In this document: positions 53,430 to 64,000 of the stretch, one piece after another
How positions within the stretch are numbered: the first letter of the stretch is position 1
How the letters are laid out: every line of letters begins with the position of its first letter
From: Nageia nagi
Taxonomy: Eukaryota; Plantae; Pinophyta
Length of the DNA: 64,000 bases
Reading direction: 5' to 3'
Assembly (NCBI GenBank): GCA_050084985.1
Contig: JBITNC010000001.1
Span: forward strand, 88,164,001-88,228,000
The notes under the pieces: generated by a model
Told to the model about the DNA's origin: nothing
Seen by the model: only the letters and a program-made list of their open reading frames with translations
Database searches by the model: none
Made by a program: the position numbers and the translations under genes

Positions 53430-53620
53430 TTCATTTATTGGCACCAATCAGAAGGAACATCAACCCTTAATTTCTACAACATCAGTTATAAGGATAACCA
53501 ACCCCTATGTTCTAAAGTACAAACTATAAGGAGCACTAATCCCTTCTTTACTAGTACCAAATGGAATGAACATCAACCCCTATGCCAAGAACCAACTCAA
53601 GGAATTCAAATCCTATGTAC
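53430..53620. repeat. ~35-40-bp tandem repeat
   Basis: Repeated ACCAA....AAGGA.CA(T/C)CAACCCCT motif, about five units. Confidence 0.7.
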
Positions 53621-54459
53621 AAGTTTGATATTAAAATTCCTTCAGTATATACAAAACCCTCACTAGTTTATAGCTCATCACAACACTTCTCACTATCTCT
53701 TATAGTCTCTACAATTGATCATCATAGCCAATGTACTACCCTCTTTGCCAATTTAATCGATTTGTCCTAATGGTAGCATTTCCTTCTTTGATATTAAATC
53801 TCTATTTCAAAAACATTCACTTCTCTCATATGCAATCAATCACTTTATATACATCCTTTACACTCACTTCATCAAGTCATGATGTTTTGTAGGTTTAATG
53901 CACATGCATGCCCTAGATTTACATTCTAGTAATTTCATCTTCAACTGTCACACTTAGCTTCATATGTCAACAAATGACATGTTAAGATTGTAACTATTTT
54001 TTAGTTACTCATATTCTCAACTAGAGTGATTATTTTCTTGGCTATTACTACATGATATTCATTATTAACATGATGGTTACTCACATTTGATGTACTATCC
54101 TTTAACTTTAACGCTCTACATACATGTTGCAAAAGCACTTTTATCACTAAATAAGGCTCTATGTCTCCACATAATATTATAATTTTCCACATAAGCCTTA
54201 TGCACAAGGTTTTTAGACTCTGTATAAATTATATTCTCTTCACCTAATGACTTGAAAACTCTACATTAGCTTCTAAATAATCTCTCACTTGTATACATAA
54301 AATATTTCATCTTTGCATAAGTAATTGCACCTTTGTATAACTTATTTCATCTCTGCATAAGGTTTCAATTCTCCACATAAACCTTGATTTGGCCATTTAG
54401 ACTCTTATGCATTCTCTCTAATGTAATTTGCATCAAATCCAATTCATTCTATAGTATTT

Positions 54460-54870
54460 TCTAAAGAATTTGCACTCCAAATAGTGTTGATATCATCAAT
54501 CTCATCTTCATCTTGAAACCATAATGTTACAAGGGAAATTCACACTCTAGAAATAAAAAGTTTATAAGAAAAATTTGCACTCCAAAAACACAAATTTTAT
54601 AAGGGAATTTTGCACTTTGGAAGGTGCTGATACCACCATGTTTCTCTACATCCTAGAAACATAGTAATGTGAAGGAAATTCATACTTTGGAAGGTGTTGA
54701 TGTGACCATATTTTCCCACACCTTGAAAACTTAGAAGTGCAAAGGAAAGATGCACTCTAAAAGGTGCTAATGTCATAGGATTTCTCTACATATTGAAAGC
54801 ATAGTAATACATAAGAAATTTGTACTTTAGAGATTGCTAATGTTGTAAGATTTCTCTACATATCGAATTC
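54460..54870. repeat. 70-bp period tandem repeat
   Basis: Unit starts resembling GGTG(C/T)T(G/A)AT at 54483, 54623, 54693, 54763 and 54833. Confidence 0.8.
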
Positions 54871-56639
54871 ACATTCCTTCTTCACATAAGCATTTAAGCC
54901 TCTGGATAAAGCTTCATTTCTCTACATCATCATCTAGCAATCTTCACCTTTACTACATCATTATCTGGTGGTATTCACCTTCACTGCATGACACTATCTA
55001 ATTTTGGTGGAAATATAACAAAATTAGAGTAGATAAACTTCACCAAAATAACAAAAAGTAGAATATCATTATACAAATATTTGATTTTTCTATAAATATG
55101 ACAGAGTGAAGAAGACTAAATTATACCTCAAAATTTGATAAAATATATTTTCCTTTTTCTTTCTTTGACATTAGCAATTTGACTCACATATGGCATTGCA
55201 AATATTGTTGAAACTTTTGTAGCTCCCTGATTCAAGTCTTCAAATTCTATTTGGTTGACCTTGTGCATTTCTTGAAAAAATTATTGAAAACTTCTCATAT
55301 ATCTGACACTTCTAGAATAACATTTTTCACCTATTTATATAACATCTTTAACCTTTGTATAACACTTTGGTTGACCACATAAAGACCTCTCTAATCATAA
55401 GCCTTATCTTCAATGCATAGTATCTTTTCTAGCTACATAAGCTTTCAATCACTATCTAAGTCGATCATTTACCACATAAGCTTCTAAATACCCATACAAG
55501 GTCTTATATCTCCATCGCATAAGACTTGTCTTAGCTGCATAAGCCTTATTTTCCACCATGTATGCCTTTACATCATCATATAAGCTTTTACATCATTGCA
55601 TAAGGGCTTTTACCACTACATAAGGGGATTTATACACTACATAACCTATTTATCATTTGCACATGTTCATCCTTCACCACATAAAATCTATTTCTGTAAG
55701 GACCTTTGCATTCATATAAGGTCTTGAATTTGAATTTTAATACTTAGAAACATACAAAGAAAACTTTTACTTCTTATCACTTGTGAATTATATCTCATAT
55801 TGAGATGCTATAAAAAGCAAAGTTGGTGATTTTTATAAGGGCTATCTAACCATATCCTCATAGTGAAAAATAGATGTAGTATGACTCCAAAATTTGACAT
55901 GACACTTCTTAATGCTTTTACTATAAAAGGATGCAACTAACATACTGGAAAAGTATACTTAACATCTTTGAATCCAAGGATTCTTCATCTACTATTTTTA
56001 TTGAGTTGACAATGAAAAAATGACAATAACAGGCATGGCATAGGATGATCACTTCAATCACCCCATCATTACTTAGCATTGAAATACTTCAACATGACTA
56101 CACTTATTCACCTTTGGCATTATGACATAGTGTTTTATAGATAACAATGGTACCATATTAGACCAATGGTCACTTTAGGCTAATAATCACTTTTAACAAC
56201 AATTATAATACCATAGGCCAACAAACTCCCCTTTGGGATTGTTTTCAAAACTTACTCCAATCATAATATTTCTCCCCTTTTTTCAATAATGAAAAAGTTG
56301 CATGATTTAATCCAGAGGACTCTATCACTACAAATCACCAAAAATAACTTAATGAAAACCTTTTTAATAGTATACATACCAACACAGTAGCACAAGGTCA
56401 TGGAAATATCTCACTTTACCATCTTCAACAACATTACACACCCAATCAACATCAATAATAATAGTAATAATAATAATAATAAGTATTGACATTCTTCCAG
56501 CAAAATATGTAGATACCTAAAAATTGTTCATTGCCCTAGCTTGGATGATTCATGATGATTTAGTCTATCTCACATCTTATCATGGTACTATCATCCTTTC
56601 ATCCTATTTCAATCATGTTTACATAATCAATTTTGGTAA

Positions 56640-59600
56640 TGTAGCCTCTTATTAGGCCCTAGGTGTGGGATTACTTGGTTGCCCTTTTGGGGAGCCAACA
56701 TATTAGAGATCATGGTGGGACCTCCCTTGTTCCATGATTTGCAATCATAGAGGAATTTTCCATCCTTTTCTCCTTTTTTAGTTGTTATCTTTGACCCTTT
56801 CCTTTTGTATTTTTGGATAATTATATGTACTAACTTGGTCTAATTTTTTAAGGAACATTCCTAACAAGTTTCAAATAAAACCTTGAAAATATTGAAGCAT
56901 AAAAGTTTGTAGAATAGTAACTGGTTTATTGTAGAGTAATTAATAGAGTTTAGCTAATATTTAACATACTAGTTAGGATTTGAATGTAGAAACTATCAAT
57001 CGATTCCTATCCCATCAATCCCTCTTTATATATCAATTTGGTGTGCATTGGTTATAGTTATTTTAGGTTTTTAGTAATTTCATTAGATTTTTTAGTAAGT
57101 ATCATAACTTCTTGGCCCTGTAAATAAGTGGTAGCAGTCCACTACCAACATTCAAATCTCTAGGTTGTACATTTAATATTTCATTTATTACTCTTTAGAC
57201 TTATATTTGTAAAAATCTTTAGGTACCACTATGACTAGCAATTTGATCGATCCATCAGTTGGTACTGCCAGCTAATATGCATCATACCAGCTAGGATAAA
57301 ATCTTTTACTATAAGTATTATAACTTATAGGAGCTTGGGAGTGGGATCCCCCTAGGTGTGTATCCCTCTTTTACCATACATTAGACTAGGACTTGTGTGT
57401 TATGTAACTCATCAGGTATTATTTTACTTTTTTTTCACTTTATTTCACTAGTGAAAAGGAAAGAAATTGAAAAGGAAAAGTTTTCTTTAATTTCTTTCTT
57501 GCATTAGTGAAATTAAAATCATACTTGGGTGAGAGTGTTTAATTTTTGAAATCATTTTGCTATTTATTTCAAAAAGAAAAAGGCAAATATTGAAAGGATT
57601 AGTTGCATTTTTGTATGCATTTAGTTGCATCTTCTATTAGCTTTATTGTACTTGCACTTAATTTTACATGAGCCTAGGATTGATCCAAGACACAAGGATT
57701 TTAACATAATGTTCTATTCCTAATCCAAAGGTGATGAATGAAGTTGAAAACCTAACTTGAGCCCTTAAACAATTCACACCCTAGATATCGAGCCTTACCC
57801 AAAAATACTTGACTAGGTTCATATATGAAAACTAATTAAGAGTCCAAAGAACCCTAAAAATCAATCTCATTAACAAGATAATTATCCTAACTGAACAAAA
57901 GCAACTTGAGAAGATAATTATCATTTCTATCTTTTACACTATTTCTATCTTACATGTAGGATTGATATCTTGAAAATATCATCCTAAGGTTATGTGTTTT
58001 AACTTTACATCCATTAAAACAAGATCATAATAAAAATTTAGGCTTTGTGTTTATTTTCTTTCTTTTGTATGGCACCATTGGGATACTTTATTTTATGCAA
58101 TATTGTTTGTTTAATTCCTTATTTGTGTTCTTAGTATGAAAGGTGAATCCCATAGTTCAATGGAGACTAGAGCACAATTTAGGGCTAAGCAAACTAGGTC
58201 CTCACAATCCAACCCTCCATCTCAACCACATTCACATCATGTTTCCTAACCACTTTTACATCATATCTCTCAGCCATCTTATCTCCTATCCTCTCCACCT
58301 AGATATACTTTCATCCCATCCCATCAAGAGGATCCACAATTCTATAAAGACTTGCAAGAAAGTATATGTAATAATACCTTGTATGATGATGTTAGTTTCC
58401 CATGTCATGTGGAAGCCATCCATGATGACCCTCCTTCTAAAGAAAAACTCTTCTTGAGTTTTCCTCATATCTAAGACATTTTATGTTAATTTAAGGCTAG
58501 GTAACTTTTTGGTCATAGGCCTCAATCACCCCATGTTTCTAACATAGAGAATCAACCTTTTGTCAATCCTCCACATTACTTGGAAGAAGAGACAAAGGTG
58601 TCACAACCTTTGCCTCCTCCTTCCTTAACCCATGTTGTCACTATGGTAAGTTCATAGGCCAAACATGTTAGCCCTTTCTAATCCTTATAGTGTCATTTAT
58701 CACTATGATCCTACCTATGGCATTCCTCCACCTTATAACATGCCATCCTCCTCCATTGATCCCTTAACACAAGAGTCTCCTGAGTCTCCTGCTACCATAT
58801 TGCATAAAATTAGGGGCCATAATGATAAGTTAGAAATAAGAGATCGATTTTATTTTTTCCTTCCTCCCTTGCCTCCTAGGAAAGTTCAATAAGTGTCATC
58901 AACCTTACCTCAAGCTCCATTGATTTTTCAAGAGGATCCTTTGGTCTAATATTCTCATCCACAAGTTGAACCCCCCACTTTGGTACCATCAAATGCTCCC
59001 CATCATAATGATGAAGAGAGAGTTCAAATGTTTGAAGAGTGATATAGGCTTCAAAAATCCAAGAGATTTGCATAATTTTTGGATACCCATCAAGAGTAAT
59101 AGGTAAATATCAATCCATAAGTCTTGAGAATTGCAACTCCTGTACAAGTTATTGGCATTTATCCATTTTATCTATCCTATAAATAAGATCCTATAGCACC
59201 TAGCAACATGATAAACCCTAATCATTAATAAATCATCTCATCATATGTGCCACCTAATGTTCCTCAACCTAGGGTGTACATTAATGTTTTGTCTCAAGCT
59301 CCTTCTTCTTCTCAAGTTGTTATACCCACATATGCTCATTCTCAAAATCCTAATCAAACACAAGCATGTGTTGGTGCAAAAACAAGGGGGATTACCCCCA
59401 TTCAAAAATATAACCAATCTTTTCAACATGTCCAAGATCCATCTCTTGGAAAAACTCAATTTCCACCTCAAGGTTTGTAGCTCAACCCCACCATGCACCA
59501 TAAGTGAATGTTACCCCAACACAACAAGTTTATCAATCTCAAGGGAAACCTCAAGAAACTAATTATTTTCAAGGTCCAATATATCAAATTGTTGGGTCCT

Positions 59601-62600
59601 TTCCTCCATCCACTCCTCATGATGAGATTGTTAAGAAGTTACAAGAAATAGAGCAAAGTATTAATGAAAAAGGCAATTCCAAGCTATCTTGCGTATCTAT
59701 TTACAACAAACCAATCCATCCATCCATCCCCATTGAGGATTTCCCTTACAATTTTGAAGTTCCCAAGTGGATAAATTTAAGGGAAAGGAGGATCCTAAGG
59801 GAAACCTAAGATAATTTAAGTACTCTTGTTACATCATAGCTAGTGATGATGTTCTTATGTTGAGAACTTTTCCTATGACCTTGGTAGGGAAAGTCTTGGA
59901 TTGGTATAATAACTTACCTTAGCATAGTATCTTCTCCTTTGAGTAATTTTCTAATCAATTTCTAGATCATTTTGGCATAAAAATAACAAAAAGAGCATCT
60001 ATCATGGATTTGAGTAAGTTATCCCAATTTGATGAGCAGTCAATATCAAATTATGTATGTCATTAGAGGGTAGTTGTGTCTAATATTCCCTATAGTTTTC
60101 CTCAAGAAGAGTTGGTCAAGTTGTTCTCTAGGAGTTGCAACAAGCACATTTCTTTTATGCTAAAAATTCAAAGGAACCTTACCTTTAAATATGCCTTATC
60201 TCAAACAAAGATTATTGAAGAGGTAAAAATTCAAGAGGGTGAAATAAGGTTAAGGAAAAAGGATAATAATAATAATAATCAAAAGAATTGCAACAATGGT
60301 GGAAATCCCAACCAACCTTGACCTAGGTTATAAGAAAACATAGTCACATATGTGGTTAATTAAGCACAACCTATCCTACAACTAGCACCTCCTAGGTAAA
60401 GAAACCCATACCAAAAAATAAGATCAAGGGAAAAATAATCAATGGTAATTAAGGAATATAGGATAATTATGTTAATAATAAACTAATACCTCCTATACCA
60501 CCAAGGAAACCACAACAAAAACAAAGGAATTGGACACCATTAGTAGAGACCATTGAGGATATACTCAAGAAGCTTCAAGAAACTAGACTAGTTACACTTC
60601 CTGAGATAAGACAAGAGGACCCTAATGGTGCAAGGCCACAATGGTATAGGGATGATGATTTTTGTGCCTTTCATCATAAATAAGTAAATGTAACCAAAAA
60701 GTATCAACACTTAAGGTCCATAATTCAAATATTAATTGACAATGGTCACATATGCACAAGAGAACCCCAAGCTCAACCCAATAAGGATTTGGGGGTATAT
60801 CAAAATCCTTTACTTATGAATGGTCCCAACATAAACCAAGTGACTACCATGGCTTCCATGTTAAGACAAGTAACACATGGTGGTCCCTCACCCACTAAGT
60901 TTGTTGGTATGATGGTCATTAAGCTAGTTCATGTTACTATTATTCTTTTAGAATTACACTTTGTAAGGAGGGTGACATTCTAATATTCCTTCATTCTTTT
61001 ATTCTTTCTCCATATAATTTATAATTTTAATTCTCATTTCTTACTCCCATTTTATCCTTTTCTAAGTACTGCAATGAGTGTATAGTTCTTATACTTAGTC
61101 ATTTTTGTTAAGTTTTGTCAAGTTTAGGTAATTCCAAGTCATGTTTACATTTCTGGGTCTTAATCTTGTAAATATTATTTAAAACTACAATTTTATTCAA
61201 GGTGGATACTATTTATCTAGTAATTTTTACTAGATATAGGAATTACTTATAGTCCATTATAATGATGTGTTAATATTTTAAAGCTAGCTAAGTCTTTTTG
61301 GGTCTTATTATCAGGTGTTGTTATGTAAATAAGTTTTGTATGCTTTTCCTACAAACATAGTTGAGTATGAGGCTAAAAGGTAGTTTTATTTTGTTTAAGT
61401 CATATCTGGGAGGTAATATAACATGGAAGGGAAGTAAGTTTCTAAGTCCAAGTTTGGGTCTTATAGGAGTTCAAGTCAAAGAGATTTAGGTTCTATGGAT
61501 CTGGGTACTATTTTATAGAAATATTATAAATATGAGTCAATGGGTAATGTCCTAGAGCTCATGGATTTCCAAATCATATGTTGTACCGTAAACCAAAAAT
61601 CCATGGGCACTAAGTTACTCCATCAATAGGTGTTATTAAAGGACCAAATAGCAAGAGATGTTTTAGTAAATCCATTATGTAGATCCCACAAATTTTGACC
61701 AATGGCATTATACCTTTTTTTGAAAATTAGCAGGTGATAAGGAAACTCCAAGTCATTTGATAAACCTAAATAGACTAAGTAAGACCCACTAAGCTAAAAA
61801 TAGGACTGTGAGATAAGGGGAACACTTAAGTCCACTTGATCAAGATTGTTTGACACTCAAGGCTTTGTCAAAAAGTCAAATTCAACTCACTTCCACATGG
61901 CAATAATATTTCTTCCTTATGTTTTAATTTTATATATTGCATTTCCCTCGTAATTCCCTTAACCTAGAGCTATAATGATCTTCATAAATGGTTGCAAAAA
62001 GTTAGATGGTTGTTAATAGAGCCTAGAGATAGACCGTACCAATCAATTCAATGGACCATACCTCATAACATCAGCTATAGTTACAATAGAATATAGTCAA
62101 GATAAATCATAGAGATTATAGCTAAGAAAGCACATAAATTCAAAGTCTCTAAATTCCCAATAATTGGTACTGATTGTAATTAGTTACTACATAATCTAGC
62201 ATAGTTGTAGATTGAAGTTGTACATTTTTAAATAGTTATTTGATTTTGTTCTTATTCAATAGGGAAATTAAGGGTATTATTGGTGGATAAACACCCAATT
62301 GTAAAAATATTCATATAAATAGTGGACTGTTAGAGATCTAAAAGGTCAAAAATTTTAGAAAAGTTGCCTAATGTATGAAGTGCTTTCATATGTGATAATA
62401 CAATACAATGATGTTTTGCCCTCTACATTTTATAGTTGTTGCTATGTTTATGAGGATTATGTATGAAACATTATCTTAAGTTGTGGTTATGCATTACAAC
62501 TATGAGACCCCAAGGGTAAGATAGTTCTTTTATTCTTAATCTTGGCTATGGATTGCTGCCTGTGTGGTAAAACTTAGGTTGATTAGTTTTAGTTTGCTTT

Positions 62601-64000
62601 TTGTAGTTTGTTTATCCAGTTCTTTCCTATTACTCTTTCCTTTTTATCTCTTTCCAATTACTTTTAACCTCTTACATAGATAAGAATCAGCATATAACTA
62701 GAAGATTGAGTAGAAAACCCCTCATAAGCATACTATCCCACCACTTTTTGCTCTTTCAAGGAACCTACTATTGTAGGTAATGCAGAACTAGACTAGACCA
62801 CCTTCAAGGTTACATTAAAATGATCAATAATTACCACTCATAAAAGGAGGGGAGGTGAGAGAGAACCTCCTCCTATATATGTAAGAGAATAATAACCCAC
62901 ATAGCCAGTCAATATCCAAGTATCATCTCAACCTTCTAAACCAATCATTATAGTTTAGAATGAGTTGGAGAAACAATTATGGTTAAATCCTACTAAGTTT
63001 TCCTTATGGGACTTGTTCTAACAATGTAAGGCTCATCAGGATGCCTTGAATTGTATACTTAAGACCATTGAGTTGTCTAATGATGATCCTAATACCTTTG
63101 TGGACTTTTGTATAATAGTTCAAGATTATATGAGGCCTTCTATCACTTTCTATATGGATGAGGTATATCATACCCTAGGATCCTCTAATAAGCATCCAAC
63201 TATTTACATCATTGCATATATAGATGGTAAAGGATTTAAGATAGTCATGATTGATTAATGGTAAGCTATTAATGTGGTATCTATAGTGCCACTTTAGAAT
63301 CTTGGTATACCTATGTCATACTTGAGTGCTTCCACTTTGGCCATCAGAGCTTGTAATAACACTTTTTCTAACATATTAGGAGTTTTTTTTTTGTTCTTAT
63401 TACACCTTGTCATGTTGTTGAGGGCAATATGCAATATAACATTATTTTAGGTTTACCTTGGATTTATGATATGGAGGGTGTTTCCTTCTTAAGGCATGAT
63501 ATATTCAAGTATTTGTATGGTGGTAAGACTCATTGCATTCTAGTGGATTCCAACCTCTTAACCATTGCAATCTTATTCAAGATCTTGATCTATTTTTTAT
63601 GCTAAGTTTGTTTCCCATCACTATCCTTATGAATAATAATCCCAATCAAGTATCATCTAGTTTACAAGATCCCCAATCATTGCATCCTCATCTTAATCAA
63701 TCTCTTAGGTCACAAGCTTCATCATCATCATCTCCATTAGATGTACCTCACCATGCACATCCTCATAGTAATTCATCCATCAAGTCTTCATCATCATAAT
63801 AATTGATTCCAAGGCCTCAAGTCAATAAGTCTCAATCTAATCATACTCACCCTTAATTATACAACCAAGTTCTCCCACATCATGACCTTTATTATTCATT
63901 AAACATTTCACTTTGACCTTCCCAAGAGGAATGGTATCAAGCCTCTTCATTTGATCATGTCATCCATAATGAGGATAATGAAAATGATTCTAATCCTTAT
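56640..64000 (+). mobile_element. 5' part of a second decayed Tat-type Ty3/Gypsy element
   Basis: Retrotrans_gag remnant (EVPK.DKFKGKEDP...DDVLMLRTFPMTLVGKVLDWYNNLP ~59755-59920); linker WTPLVETIEDILKKL...WYRDDDFCAFH (~60530-60680), homologous to ORF 8272-8487; protease region ~63050-63480. A putative LTR starts TGTAG at 56640 (boundary tentative). Confidence 0.8.
60962..62676. mobile_element. Non-coding ~1.7-kb insertion between gag and protease; possible solo LTR
   Basis: Interrupts the coding order seen in the left Tat element. Termini TGTAAG...CTTACA are inverted, but no matching TSD is visible. Confidence 0.4.

Larger units (their letters stand above)
53193..56300 (-). mobile_element. 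Long (~3-kb) 3' LTR with multiple PPTs from a Sirevirus/SIRE-like Copia element
   Basis: Starts TGTTAG..ACTAAGAGGGGGGTTAAAT (reverse complement of a C-rich LTR end) and ends GGCCAACA at 56223. It is followed by PPT-like AACTCCCCTTTGG (56224) and TCTCCCCTTT (56271), and contains internal tandem arrays. No partner LTR is in the window. Confidence 0.55.

Noticed and set aside
56640-64000. The two outward-facing Tat elements as an extension of the inverted repeat
   Set aside because: Similarity is at protein and motif level only, and the positions are not mirror-symmetric, so they are independent insertions.

Overview
Eukaryotic plant genomic DNA, AT-rich and strongly CpG-depleted, which resembles a gymnosperm (taxon is inference). 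The core of the window is a large inverted duplication. The left arm (~13141-21231) and right arm (~41841-49942) each carry a 6-exon laccase gene (multicopper oxidase, LAC2/LAC17-like), arranged convergently across a ~20.6-kb spacer. The right copy (43828-46059, -) has an open 592-aa frame but carries two Arg substitutions in conserved exon-3 motifs. The left copy (17018-19246, +) has two single-A deletions in exon 5, which are either real pseudogenisation or long-read errors. Arm identity is mosaic: near-identical tracts, patches of clustered substitutions, and an abrupt drop to much lower identity inside a shared non-autonomous LTR element. This suggests gene conversion or TE-mediated duplication. 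The rest is nested, decayed retroelements: two Tat-type Ty3/Gypsy elements, a full Ty1/Copia with two polypurine tracts, a full-length L1 LINE with a ~17-bp TSD, two pol-less Copia derivatives (one with an in-frame acidic repeat ORF), a Sirevirus-like long LTR, and microsatellites. All identity values were judged by eye.
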